This document shows, piece after piece, positions 50,660 to 64,000 of a stretch of DNA of 64,000 nt (its first letter is position 1; every line of letters starts with the position of its first letter). The notes beneath the pieces were generated by a model. The model saw only the letters and a program-made list of their open reading frames with translations, did not search any database and was not told the DNA's origin. This stretch comes from Tetramitus jugosus (Eukaryota; Protista; Heterolobosea), in assembly GCA_937625935.1 (NCBI GenBank), contig OW569350.1, positions 310,001-374,000 on the forward strand. Reading direction: 5' to 3'. The position numbers and the translations under genes were made by a program.

Positions 50660-52939
50660 ATGATCTCCCGTCCACCACACAAGATCACCACCACCACCGC
50701 CACCACCACACACTCCTTGTTAGATTCCACCTTTTTCGAAAATGCAAGTCAAGCTTACATGAATGATCATGACATGTTGATGCAAGACGATAGTGGTGAT
50801 GATGATATTGATCACCAACACAGTAGCTTACTCCACAGGTTCGATCTCTCACTCATCACACACTATCAATCACACTTGGACCAACAATTGACTCAATTGA
50901 ATCATCAATTGATGATGCATGGTAGCAGCTCTGATGGCGACAATGTTTACACCATGCATCAACTGCAAGCAGACATTCAAATGTTGACGGATGAAAAAAA
51001 TACTTGGTCACTGTTGAAAAGTTTGTTGAGTGAAGAGGAGCGAGTCGTGATGATGAACAATGAAGAACAGAAGCAATTGTTGGCAAGTCGTATGGAGTTG
51101 GAGCAAAAAAGACGCATGCATGAATCGCATCCGTTCCTTCCTGATTATGGTCAGTTGACACAGTTGGCAATCAAGTCGGATATGGATCTGAGAAGGGTTC
51201 AATTGATTGTTCAATGGTTGGAATCGACTGCTGGACCCCTGATGAAATCAACTCATGCGGCAGAAGAGGAGGAAGATGAAGATGGATTTTCACCGGTGCA
51301 GCAGCACGTCGAGTTCAAATTGTGGGAAAATGTTCGATCAGGTAGTATCGAAGGTGCACAAGAGTACTGTCGAAGAAACAATCAATTTTCAAGAGCGGCG
51401 ACTCTGGCATTGGCCAACGAGTATCAAAAGGCAAAGCTTATTCGACCAGGTCGATTGGAGAGCGGTGAAGAGGTTAACAGTTTTCAGAGAGACATGTTTT
51501 TGATGTATTTGAGCACATTGGTCAAGATTACGGCAGAGGATCGCGGTGGGCAGATGAATGCAGATGCTCGATTGTATGGTGCCTTGTGCGGTCACTTGCA
51601 ATTGATGCTTCAAGCATCATCATGTTGGCAGGATCAGTTGTGGGCATACTTGAGAGAGAAGGTTGAGTATCGTTTGAATGAATTGGTGCATCGAGCCAAG
51701 CAGCATGCAACCCGTACGAACCGTCCTCTGACAGACATAATGGCCGCTGTTGGAACCACTCCCGTTCCTCTTCAATCCATGCAACAGTCGATTATTTTGG
51801 GTGAGCCTTGCATGGAAGGATTGAGACGCGTGTGCGAAGAGCAGAATGGGGCATCAATGAATCCTCATTTTTTGCGCTTTGCCTGTCATTATGCCCTCTT
51901 GAATACTTCAATTGGCGAGAGTGAAGACAAGGATTATATTATCTTGGCATATGTCGATCATTTGATCCGAACACATCAGTACCTGATGGTGCCATTTTAT
52001 GTGAGTCGATTATCGCTTGATGCACCCAATGTGTTCGCTTCGTTTATTGACCATGCGAGCCACCATTGCTACAACGACGAAATTAGAGAGATTTTGGATT
52101 CTGCGAAGCAATACATGCGTCGAGAGGACATTATGGATGGATTGCAGCTATTTGTTAACCAGAGCATTGAGACAATGACAGACCCTGTTTGGGCAATCAA
52201 GTGGGCTGTCTTCAGCCAATATCCAGAATTATATGAGTATATTCTGAAGTGTTGCAATCAAATCGTTTCCAAGTGTTTGAATTCCATTGGAGAAAGCCTA
52301 GAACTACTTCCAACAGCATATGATCACATTGATAAGATTCAGCATTTATTGCCGCAGGATATATGGGGATACTCTGGCGAGCATGAAAGAGAATTTATTT
52401 TCTGGACCAATTATGTCAAGGCGTCTCTCTGCTACTGTGAGTGGCTTGAGCATGTGAGAGAGGAGGTGCATGAAATTCCTATGTTGGTTCGAGACACATT
52501 TGGTCTGGAGAGTGAAAATGTTCTACGACTACTGCAGAAGAGACAGTATGACCTGAATCATAAACAGTGGTCAGAAGATGAGAGAAGACTTCGTGATAAT
52601 GCAGCAAAGAGTATGAGAGACATGTTGAAGCATGATTCAGAATGGCGATTGAGACAAAAGAGTGCACTAATCTCAAGAGTGATTACCTTCACTGTATTTA
52701 ATCTGTTCCAACTATACATGAGTTCGACACAGTTCCAAGAATGTCACAATCTCATCAATCTAGTTGCAGATGAGTGTTATTGCCTTTACACCCACTTTAG
52801 CAAAGCACAACTATTTTCCTTGCTCAAGCTTATGAAGGAAGCAGAGCTGAGGTACATGCGCCATTTATCTAAAGTTGATTACGAGGATCCAATCAAATAC
52901 CCAATCATCACAGCACCTAAGACCATAGAAACCGATTAA
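50660..52939 (+). CDS. NUP107: Nucleoporin Nup107/Nup84
   Basis: TWSLL, IVQWLE, LWENVRSGSIEGAQEYCRR...RAATL, LYGALCG, WQDQLWAY, LRFACH, LVADECYCLYTHFSKAQL. Confidence 0.85.
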   Translation: MISRPPHKITTTTATTTHSLLDSTFFENASQAYMNDHDMLMQDDSGDDDIDHQHSSLLHRFDLSLITHYQSHLDQQLTQLNHQLMMHGSSSDGDNVYTMHQLQADIQMLTDEKNTWSLLKSLLSEEERVVMMNNEEQKQLLASRMELEQKRRMHESHPFLPDYGQLTQLAIKSDMDLRRVQLIVQWLESTAGPLMKSTHAAEEEEDEDGFSPVQQHVEFKLWENVRSGSIEGAQEYCRRNNQFSRAATLALANEYQKAKLIRPGRLESGEEVNSFQRDMFLMYLSTLVKITAEDRGGQMNADARLYGALCGHLQLMLQASSCWQDQLWAYLREKVEYRLNELVHRAKQHATRTNRPLTDIMAAVGTTPVPLQSMQQSIILGEPCMEGLRRVCEEQNGASMNPHFLRFACHYALLNTSIGESEDKDYIILAYVDHLIRTHQYLMVPFYVSRLSLDAPNVFASFIDHASHHCYNDEIREILDSAKQYMRREDIMDGLQLFVNQSIETMTDPVWAIKWAVFSQYPELYEYILKCCNQIVSKCLNSIGESLELLPTAYDHIDKIQHLLPQDIWGYSGEHEREFIFWTNYVKASLCYCEWLEHVREEVHEIPMLVRDTFGLESENVLRLLQKRQYDLNHKQWSEDERRLRDNAAKSMRDMLKHDSEWRLRQKSALISRVITFTVFNLFQLYMSSTQFQECHNLINLVADECYCLYTHFSKAQLFSLLKLMKEAELRYMRHLSKVDYEDPIKYPIITAPKTIETD

Positions 52940-52952
52940 AATCTTTTGATTT

Positions 52953-54905
52953 TTATTTCTGTGTCATTCTTTTGATCTTTCTTACAAGTGACAGCAAACC
53001 ATTCTTGAAAGCAACAATAAAGTAGCACGCAGCAGCAAATAAAGGAATAACGACGACAGATATGGAGTAACTGAGACTCTTCTTATAGTGCGGAGTGGTG
53101 TAACGAACCATAAACAAACCGATACCGTTTCCAATGTAGAAACCAGACAAGAGAATTCCTGTTACGAGACCACAGTGCGCTGCTCCTCCGAGTGAGATGG
53201 ACCAGTATCTTGTCACGCCGAAGCCGATGAATTTGAACATGGAGGACAGGAATGCAAACAGGACAAATACAACAATACTGTTCGAAAAAACACTGGCTGA
53301 TTTTGCAGCAGCATACAGCACAGCGAGAATACCTGAGAGCAAAGCCATTCCAAAGAACTTGCGTCGTGCAAACAGTTTGTTAAGAATGATAGAGGGTAGA
53401 ACTGCGAATCCTGGAGAAAGACTGACTACGACAACCAAGAATATGTATGTCACACTCTTCGGATCCACGTGGAACTCGTTTGAAACATAATTCATAAACC
53501 AAGTATAAGATCCGTAGTACCCTGTACCCAGAGCAATCGAACTAATCGCATACATCCACAGATCAAAACTCATTAACATTCGCTTCATACCAATTCGCAT
53601 ATCATGCCTCAATGGATCCACAAACTTAAATTCGTTCGCCATGGCTGAGCGCTCAATCTTTTGTTCGTCGATCGTGTGCGTATCTTCGTCCAATTCAGCC
53701 TGATTATGAAAGGCAGAGACAATGTCTCGATCTGATGGTACACTCATCATATTCATGGCATTCTTCTCCATTAACTGTTCCAAGTTCAACGACTTGTGAG
53801 TGGCAAGTTCTTGCTGTTCAATTTTCTCTTGTTGCTTATTGAACACGTGCATGTAATAATTGAAATCCACGTTTGGCTCCACATGAGTAGAAATAAATAT
53901 AGAGCACAGGGAGGCGATACTCAACAACATTGCACTCACGTACAACAAACTATGAGCCGAACCAAAAATCTTGTACAGATATGCGTTGGTAATATAGGCA
54001 ACAATCAACTCGAAGCAGTATGAAATGTTTAAAATACCAGCAATTGTTGCTCTTTCTTCCGTTCCCCTGTACCAAATGGCACATAACTTTAACAACACAA
54101 TTTCAGAAATTCCATGGAAGAACGAACCACCAACATATGCAAAGATAATGAGTGGTTGTTTTGCAGACCTCCAGAAACTAGCGTATTGTGCCAATGGGTT
54201 CGAAGACGACATGGCTGACATTGTCTTTTGAATTGTTTCAGAAGAAAATCCGAGGAACGAAAACATTGCGATCGTCGAGTGAGTACCGGACTCACTACTA
54301 TGACTACTGCTCTCTTCACCCAGTGCCACTGCAGTACCTGCACCAAAGTTCAACACAGCCTGCACAACCAATGCAAAAATCAACAAGTACTTGCCTTCCT
54401 TGAGCTTCTTGAACCGATCAATCAATATTCCAAACACAATGAGACTAACAGGCCTAACAAACATGCACACCGCATGCGTAATATACACTTGCTTCTCCGT
54501 GAGACCACACTGATCCAACGTCTTCTTTGGAGCAGCTTCCAACACAAACAGAGAAAAGAAGCCAGCCATCTCAGCCATCTGACCCAACACAATAACAAAC
54601 CAGTTGGCCAATCGCGTACGTCTCATCTTGGCACTCAAGTGGAACGGAGTGGTAGGTCTCATGAGATCATACATCATGTACAGCACACAAAACAGGAAGA
54701 GTGCAGTAATAGGGAGAGCCAACAGAATGGAATCTTGTCTCACTTCCCAGAGCCATGGTTGAGCAAAAGTTTCAGAGGAAGAAGATGAAGTATCATTGTG
54801 GCTGCTGCTGCTATGAACAGTGGACAACAACAAGGACAATGATATCATCACTACGTATAGAACCATCTTTGAGTGATTGGATTGTAGTTGTGGCATCATC
54901 AACAT
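52953..54905 (-). CDS. Major facilitator superfamily-like transporter with extra N-terminal hydrophobic segments
   Basis: About 12 TM segments in two halves. GILIDRF motif A and WYRGTEERATIAGI. Confidence 0.75.
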   Translation of the reverse strand: MLMMPQLQSNHSKMVLYVVMISLSLLLSTVHSSSSHNDTSSSSSETFAQPWLWEVRQDSILLALPITALFLFCVLYMMYDLMRPTTPFHLSAKMRRTRLANWFVIVLGQMAEMAGFFSLFVLEAAPKKTLDQCGLTEKQVYITHAVCMFVRPVSLIVFGILIDRFKKLKEGKYLLIFALVVQAVLNFGAGTAVALGEESSSHSSESGTHSTIAMFSFLGFSSETIQKTMSAMSSSNPLAQYASFWRSAKQPLIIFAYVGGSFFHGISEIVLLKLCAIWYRGTEERATIAGILNISYCFELIVAYITNAYLYKIFGSAHSLLYVSAMLLSIASLCSIFISTHVEPNVDFNYYMHVFNKQQEKIEQQELATHKSLNLEQLMEKNAMNMMSVPSDRDIVSAFHNQAELDEDTHTIDEQKIERSAMANEFKFVDPLRHDMRIGMKRMLMSFDLWMYAISSIALGTGYYGSYTWFMNYVSNEFHVDPKSVTYIFLVVVVSLSPGFAVLPSIILNKLFARRKFFGMALLSGILAVLYAAAKSASVFSNSIVVFVLFAFLSSMFKFIGFGVTRYWSISLGGAAHCGLVTGILLSGFYIGNGIGLFMVRYTTPHYKKSLSYSISVVVIPLFAAACYFIVAFKNGLLSLVRKIKRMTQK

Positions 54906-55086
54906 CGTACCTTGGAGTGAGTTCACAACTTTTTGTTTCTGATGATTGTTGAAGAGCTTCTGGTTTCTGCACGAAGGTTCGAAATCGTAGTAACAGGCCA
55001 AATTCTCCCTTCTTCCAAATGTGTCACAAAATCTCCGAATGACAATTTGTAAAGAAAACAGAACAAAGGAGAAGCAACACACAAGG

Positions 55087-55638
55087 ATGGGCGTTTTCAA
55101 TCTGGCTGATCAATTTATCAATTATTACGAGTATCACACTGATCCAATCAACCAAATCATTCACTTCATCTTTGTGCCGATGCTCACATTTGGTTTCGTC
55201 ATGATTCTGGCTGCCGTTCCCGTTCAATGGCCACTGTTATCCATACTGTTCTCACCAGAGACAAAGGTAGTGATGAATCTGGCGTTTATTCTATTGCTTG
55301 TGCTTGTTGCCTACTATCTCATGTTGGATCGTGTCACGGGCAGCATTCTGGCACTTGAATTTGTTTCTTTCTTGTTTTTGGCTTGCCATTTGCGCAGTGT
55401 GTTGAGCTCTGATCAGTACTTTGTGGTTGCCGTGTTGGTGCAAGTGGTTGGCTGGGCCGTTCAGTTTTTGGGTCATTATTGGGAGGGCAAGCGACCTGCT
55501 CTCGTTGACAATGGACTCCAAGTCTTTATTGCTCCACTGTTTGTCATGGTTGAAGCCATGTTCTTCCTGGGATTCAAGAAGGAGTTGAAGGCTGAGATTC
55601 AACAAAAGTTAAAGCAAAGAAATCTCAAAAAGCTCTAA
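55087..55638 (+). CDS. DUF962/Mpo1-family 2-hydroxy fatty acid dioxygenase
   Basis: YYEYHTDPINQIIHFIFVP and GWAVQFLGHYWEGKRPAL. Confidence 0.9.
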   Translation: MGVFNLADQFINYYEYHTDPINQIIHFIFVPMLTFGFVMILAAVPVQWPLLSILFSPETKVVMNLAFILLLVLVAYYLMLDRVTGSILALEFVSFLFLACHLRSVLSSDQYFVVAVLVQVVGWAVQFLGHYWEGKRPALVDNGLQVFIAPLFVMVEAMFFLGFKKELKAEIQQKLKQRNLKKL

Positions 55639-55678
55639 TAAAAATATGTATCATGTCATCTACCAGTCTTTATCCGTT

Positions 55679-58600
55679 TTATCTGTTCGAAGTTGATTTT
55701 ACATGAATGAGAATACGTTCACTGGCCAACGTATTCCAATACATGTCATCTTCGTCAATGATCTGAGTGTTGATATTTAGACGATATTTGCCTTCGTTTT
55801 CAAAGTGACACATTGACTGAACCTGGAATGAATTGTTAATGATTGACACAATGATCTCCTTCTCACCGAAGAATGGTTGTTGTTGGTCTTCTTCGCTGGG
55901 TGATGCTCTTTGTGCCTGGCGAATACATATTCGAACGGCCTTTGGTCTTCGCTTCACCTTTTGCTTTGTTTCTTCGTGTTGAATATATCCAGAAAATCTG
56001 ATTGCTAAGCCCTGCTCGACACCAACACCTGCTGTTGTCACAAAAGTGGCTGTTGATTTCTGGATGTTCTTTCCATTCACTTCCACCTCCATTCTCAGAC
56101 TTGTGTTCAATTGTGTTTGATAGTAAAACTTTGGTAGGTTAAAACCAATGCCTAGTGATGACAGGACAATGGTTTGTAACATGTTCATTCTTTGGCTGAT
56201 GGATTCTGGGACATTCTCTAACATGGCTGAGATTTTGTTACATAGTAAGGAGATTTCGTTCGTTTCCCTATCCTTATTATTAACTTGTATGGCGGGCTGA
56301 TTACTCAAATTCGTCGAATCAGATAATGTTAGGATTGATTGTGCAATCACTGAGCATTGTAACTCCATGTGACAGAGAAGCGTTTGACTCTGATCATCAA
56401 TGTCAAAGTACGAGAACACTGTGCTGCGGCACTTATTCGCAAGTGCTGATATTTCATCGGACATCTTCACAAACTTGCTCTTTGTTGCTTCGCAAATTGT
56501 ATTGCCTACATTGCGGAGATGAAGGAGAATGTTCTGTATGAGCGTACAATAACTGATTCTAAGTTGAATAAAATCGATTTGGAACCGACTACTCACGCTC
56601 GTTAAGCAGTTTTGAATGTCCATTAAAGCAGAATTATAGTTGATGAGAGCTGAACGAAGAGAATATGCTTGGCTATTCTGTCCACCTCTACCCACCATTG
56701 ATAACTCGTACTCAGCTGTACACAGTTTACTCAGAGACATATTCCAAAAATAATAGAGCTCGTTCTCAACTGTTGATGCAACGGTGGCGAAAATGCTCAT
56801 TGTTAAGTTGTGATATCCTAGTGCGGCTGCATGTTTTGCAATTTCATAGGTTGTCCATAACCATTGGGCATTTGTGAGCTCCAATATCACCTTCTTCATA
56901 CTTTCGATAAATGATGCATCAGTGGCTCCACGTCTCTGTGCTTGTAAGAGAGCAACCATTAAATTTCTAACTGCGGAACTATACGTTGATTCTGATCCCC
57001 GCAGCAACATATCAATAATGCGAAGTATTTGTTGAGAATGTTTGGCGATCAATATTTGGGTTGTTTCTCGATTTGTATACTTTAACAAACACAGGGAATA
57101 TAAAAGTACTGAGGCAGAGTCGTCTGCTTCTGCACATTCTATCATTTTTGACGTCACACGTTCTGTGAGGTCCATGCTTATTGTATCGGGGAAAGTTCCA
57201 ACAAATCGAATTATGTATTCGCACAAAAATTTATCATTCCTTCGCTGCTCGATCGACATGTACAAACTCGTTTTGAGAACATTGCCCAAGTGATTCACAA
57301 GTGGTTGATCATTACTATGTCTCGCAATATTAATTAAAAGAGCAGTGCTGTGATCTACAAAGTCGCTCTGTGCGTGGAACAAAAAGTGTTGACAAGCCTG
57401 AGGAAAACGAACTAGTTAATATCAACAACACAATCAACAAAAAAGTATAATAAAACCCATACAGTTATCATATCTGGATTCTTTGCGAACCACTGCTTTA
57501 CCATCACTGGTGACGCAGATAGTGTCTTGAGCAACTTTAGCAACAATAGTTTGATTGGTTCAAATGGACTATCGACCAACATGGAATATATGACAGATGC
57601 AGGATATGTGATGGTGAATGGATCTGATAGCTTATTTGACAGCAGGATAATATCTTTGAGACATTGAAGCTTCACTGCCTTTCTGACATCCTTCTCCAAC
57701 AGTGCGAACAACAGTGATAAGACCTCACGAGCAACAATAAAGTTATGGAATGCCAATTGAGAAACAGTGTCCAATATCGTCAATACGAAATCCTTTGAAG
57801 GATACGCTTGGATCAAATCAGCACAAGTATCAAATGCCTTCTTGGCCATGGCTGCTGTGCCATGCATGTGTCTAAATATCCGTATCAATTGCAACTTTGA
57901 GTGCAGTGGGGTGTTCACATCATGCACCAATTTTTGCATTTCAGGCAACAAATGACTCGCAAATCGTTTCGATGTGGCACAAATCTGTTCAATCGCTGTG
58001 ATGGAAGCTTCTCTCTCCACATCGTCCACACAGCTCCAAAGACTCGTCTCAATCTTGTGCTGCAAATCAATTCTCTCCGATAGAATATCTGACATGGCTG
58101 CTAGCGTGCGCAGCGTTAGTGCTCTCGCAATGGGATCATTACTTCCCAAGACACTCGAAATTCGTTTCGTCAACTCATTCTTATTCAACACCTTGTCAAA
58201 CTCACCTCTCACCTCAGTGAACACAATCAAAATCCAGTACCGCACAAAATTGTTATCACTGCATTATGTACATACACATACATACACCAGTCAAATGATG
58301 AAAAACAATAACCAAAATAGCATGAAATCAGTGAGTAAATGAGAAAAACAAACAATTCAAGATTCTTCAGCAACATCATCGTACCAACCTTGATCTAAAA
58401 AACTCGGCCAATCGCAACAGAGCAGTATTTGCAATGGTTGGCAATGGATACTTGAGGATCAAATCACTGAATCGTACAATGGATTCACACTGTTGAGAGA
58501 GAACAGTGCTTCTGAGTCCCTTGTCCAAATCTCGAAACACACTCATTGCTTCTGCTTCAGCTGAAGTTGTTGTTGATTTGAAGATGGATCGTGAGGTCAT

Positions 58601-58684
58601 GCCATCGGCAGATGATTTGGAGAGGAGTGGAGAGGGAATGGGTTGTTGTAGAGGTTGATCTCCCCAACGTTGTTGATTCATCAT
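55679..58684 (-). CDS. INTS7: Integrator complex subunit 7 (3 exons)
   Basis: LDKGLRS...QQCESIVRF...YPLPTIANTALLRLAEFFR, SNDPIARALTLR, LPKFYYQT. Confidence 0.88.
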
Positions 58685-58771
58685 TTCCGCTGTTGTTTTC
58701 TGATCGTTTTTTTGTGTTGTTTTTTCATGTGAAACATTGAAACGAGATCATTCATGTGAAATTGAGGTAAT

Positions 58772-60106
<1,335 letters not shown>

Positions 60107-60206
60107 CGTTACTTGAGATCAAAAACTTGAGAATGGAGCGAAAACTATTCCGTCCAGCGGAGTTATTTGGCGGCGACAAAAAACGCGCCAGAGAGAACAA
60201 AGCAAC

Positions 60207-63200
60207 ATGCAATCAACAACAACTACAGCAAACAATCATATGGAAGTCAATGTTCCACAACTGTTTGATGAGTTGTGTAATCCTGACATTCCACAAACTC
60301 AGAAAAAGACTCAAGAAACTCAGTTGACACAACTCATTGAGTCAAAAAAACTTTCGTTGAACGATAGTATCAAAGATTTGGGATCGTATCTTGTGAATAC
60401 CAATGATCGCATCCGAACAAGGGCATACTCTATACTAAACACCATTATCAGTCATTTGGATGAACAAAGTGTGATGAGTACTCATCCACAGACGGTTGCT
60501 TCTCTGTGTAGATTTTGTGGTGATCGATTGGGTGATTTTGAGTGTTTGTCTGACATTTTGGTGCTCGTGTCCACATTGTTGCACACTTGGAGAAACAGTG
60601 TTCCTGAAGATCAAGCTCTCTTCATTCTTTCACAGTACGTCGTGTGATCGTGTGTTAATTATTGTTTGTTTGTTGTTTCTTTATTGTTTTTGTCTTAAAT
60701 TCTTTGAAAATTTTTAACATGTTATCGGTTTGTCTCTACTTCTTGTTGTTCTTGTTGTTATTGTTGTTGTTCTTTGTGATAGGTTGAATAACGAAGTCAA
60801 TGTGCCAACATTGAATCACAAGGGCAGAATGGCCACTCTTGAAATTTACAATTATTTCTTGTTGTTTAACCCAAGTTATTGTAAAGTTGATTATGTGAAT
60901 GGTTTTATCAGAGCAATTGATGGTGAGAGAGATCCTGTGACTCTTGTCAAAATCTTCTCCATGGTTCCCAGAATGGCCACAATAGCTCCACAGGCTGTGG
61001 CATCCAATAGTGAAGAATTGTTTGAAGTGACATCAGTGTACTTCCCCATTAGCTTCAACCCACCAGCAGATGATCCTCGAAAGATTACGGCCGCAGATTT
61101 GGCGCTTGGACTCAATGCAACACTTGCTTGTCATCCATCCATGGCCAATTATGTTGTTCCGTTCTTGCTGGAGAAGATTTCATCTGCACTGATTGAAACA
61201 AAGATTGCTGCATTTGATTGCTTATCCAATTGTGTCGAACAGTATGGAGAATCATCGGTGAGAATGTTTTTGACTGAGATTTGGACATATGTGAGAACTG
61301 AAATTTTGCGAACGACCAATTTGGATGTTTTGCACAGTGCACTGGAATGTATTCGAATAATATGTACTGTTGTTTGTGATACACCGAATAAGAATCAAAA
61401 TTCGACCAACATGGAAGGTATCATTCGACCAGCAATCTCAGAATTGAAATCACCAGAGTGCAAATTTGCACCTCTCTATGGCCGTATGATTTACTCTGTG
61501 GCTATTGCTTCGCCTGATATCTGTAATTTAGCCTGTTTTCGCTTGTTGCAAGAGTTGAGTCTCGTTCTGTATGAGGCCAACACGAGAGATAAAAAGGCTG
61601 GTACATTGACGATTGGCACACAAGTGCTCGAAGCTCTATACAGATCCGACAAGGAAAAACATGTTGAAGCAAAGAAGCATGTGAGTGCTCTGTGGGACGC
61701 TGTGAGTAGTCTCATCTCCGATGTTTCTATTCAGCGGGAAATGTGTGAAATCCTGTGTCGATTTGCACTTTTCTCTGACCAAGCTGATGCCAATGTTATC
61801 TTCAAATACATCAACGAGGCACTATGCAGCGAAGATCGTGATGTGTCAAAGAATGCGTTGGCTGGTGTCAAATGGATATATCAATTCGAGAGTTCCATTG
61901 TAAAAGATCAAGTATTGACTCCTCTGCTGAGCAAGACAGATGGTATGTATTTATCACAAATCAACTCGTGTGCTCTGTGTTACAGCTTGATTGTTAACAC
62001 TATTTCTTGTTTTTGAAATATATGTGCAGATCGATTGAATCGTGTTATTGCAGTCATAACACAATTGGGTTCTGACTGTCATGGCTTGTGTCCTCATATC
62101 ACCGATGCGCTTTATAAGTTCCTTCTGAATAGTTTTGGAACAGCTGACAAAAACACCAATCAGGTACTCTTAGCTGCCATGAATGTAGTTGTTGACAAAT
62201 CACAAATTGAGTCTACCAAGTCATGTGAATATATTCGCGGAATTATTGGTATTATATTGCAATCAACAGGTAGTCAATCAAGTGACAAGGACACTAGTTT
62301 GTTACTTGGCAAATTGTTGCATGTATTGTACCGAGGAATTTCAGAATCGGATCAACAAGCTTTATTGAATGATATTGTGTTGCTCGTGAGTGAATCTCGT
62401 GTCGATCTATTCAACAGCCCCATCAGTAATTTCAAACCATTGGATGCATCCAATGGTCATGTTCAATTTATTCCAATATTTGCATCCATTTTCGTAGCTA
62501 CGCGACCAGCTGTAGCAATACCAAATGTCGAGGCTCTTGCATCACAGTTAACCAACCTGTGCTTATCTGATACAGCGAATAATGATGCTATTCAAGGAGC
62601 TGCTCAATGTCTGGCCTCAATTGTGAACAAGATATCGGACACAACCACACTACAATCCATCATTTCGCAACAGATTGAAGAAAGAATCATGGCTACTGCA
62701 ACCAACAATCAACTGGACTCTGTTGTTCGTCTACATTCAATCGAGGCCTTGGGGTGGACTCTCAAGGGTCTTATTGCACGAGGCGTCAAGCTCAGTTCCA
62801 ACCTCGCAAATACTTTGTTCACTCTTCTCAACGACTCTGATGTAACAATCTCGAGAAAAACTGCGGACGCTTTCGAGATTATCATGGCTGATTATGAACT
62901 GGTGCTACACAAGAACACCCATGCAAAGATTGGTGTTCTTTACAAACAAAAATTCTTTTCTATGAACATTAGTGGGCTGTTGGAAAGTATGAGGAAAGCC
63001 AAGAGAGAACGTAGTCAAAACGAAGGTAGCATTTTATTTGCCATTGCGCACTTGATTCACAATGTGCCAAAAACCGTCATCTTGGGAGAAGTGGAACGGT
63101 TGTTCCCATTGGTGATTAGTGTCCTATCAACCGAAACTATTGACATTAGCAACAGAGAATTGATTGTTGCTGCACTCAAAACAACAGAAACATTGTTAAC

Positions 63201-63465
63201 TGAAGCAAAGGAGCAAATGGCATCATATATTGGTTCCATTATTCCCGTTCTACTCAGGTTAACACGGGAGAGATCATCCGTGCGTGTACGTATGGCTGCT
63301 GTTGACTGTCTCTCACACATGACAGACTATCCATTCCATCAAATATTTGTTCACAAGCAAATCATCATTAACGGATTGGAAAAGGCCTTGGACGATCCAA
63401 AACGACATGTCAGAAGGGCTGCCGTTCGAGTCAGAAACGAATGGTTCGTTTTGGCAAAAGAATAA
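60207..63465 (+). CDS. MMS19: MMS19 cytosolic Fe-S assembly (CIA targeting) protein, 3 exons
   Basis: IDGERDP, ELFEVTSVYFPISFNPP, LYKQKFF, LDDPKRHVRRAAVRVRNEW. Confidence 0.92.
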
Positions 63466-63471
63466 ACTAAC

Positions 63472-63921
63472 TTATGCGCTGATTACATTCTTGGCTGTGA
63501 CTGTTATCTTCTCATTCTTTGAAGTTGTCATTGTTGCTGTCTGTTGTTGTGGCTTCTTCTTTCCCTGTTCCTTTTTCAGTTTGGACATGCCTGCATTCAA
63601 CAGTTTATTGTCCAGTGTAGCACGAGACAACATATCGATCGCAACTTCCAACTTAAAGTTCAACAAGCGATTCTCCTCTTCGAGATCATCAATCCTTTCT
63701 CTCATTGTCATGAGTTCAGAGTGATCAACGACCTCGTATGAGCCATCTTTCATCTCCTTGAGAACATCCCACGTACCGTCCAATTGGTTCAGTCGAATCT
63801 TCATCCCATGTCCCACGGTGATTTCAATGGGAGCATCAGCAGAAGGGAGAGTGTTGCTTGGCTTGTCCTTTGGAGCCAAGAACATACGCTTTAGCTTGAC
63901 AATATTGATCATTTCTAACAA
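63472..63921 (-). CDS. Chibby-like basal body protein (3' exon; an upstream exon is possible)
   Basis: GMKIRLNQLDGTW...LEEENRLLNFKLEVAIDML matches the Chibby coiled-coil motif. Confidence 0.65.
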   Translation of the reverse strand: MLEMINIVKLKRMFLAPKDKPSNTLPSADAPIEITVGHGMKIRLNQLDGTWDVLKEMKDGSYEVVDHSELMTMRERIDDLEEENRLLNFKLEVAIDMLSRATLDNKLLNAGMSKLKKEQGKKKPQQQTATMTTSKNEKITVTAKNVISA

Positions 63922-64000
63922 GAGGTGCTATGTATGGTTACAGATGGTTGTTCTTTTTGTTCAGACAAAAGTGAGTCTTCTGTAGTTGGACAAAACGTTC

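Overview
Gene-dense eukaryotic genomic DNA with short GT-AG introns, Q/N-rich tracts and very short intergenic gaps. The gene set (7TM-RGS, H+-PPase, Chibby, INTS7) fits a free-living protist, possibly heterolobosean, but the taxon cannot be fixed from the sequence alone. The window holds about 28 protein genes and three canonical tRNA genes (Arg-TCT, Ile-AAT, Gly-GCC). Main result: all three tRNA genes have 5'-truncated, A-tailed copies of one non-LTR retrotransposon family inserted within about 30-75 bp upstream. The copies carry a zf-RVT-type ORF2 C-terminus, always point away from the tRNA, and three of them have clean 12-16 bp target-site duplications (TSDs). Upstream of tRNA-Gly the copies form a nested, time-ordered stack. 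This stack also contains an intact two-ORF PIF/Harbinger-superfamily DNA transposon and lies next to a tRNA-derived SINE-like element with the same 3' tail. This resembles Dictyostelium TRE5-type tRNA-gene targeting, apparently in a different lineage. Other points of interest: GNA-triloop hairpins on the cDNA strand of the element, a collapsed tRNA-Arg relic, a highly structured RPL9 intron, a ZZ-finger carboxylic acid reductase and a DOCK/RasGEF chimera.
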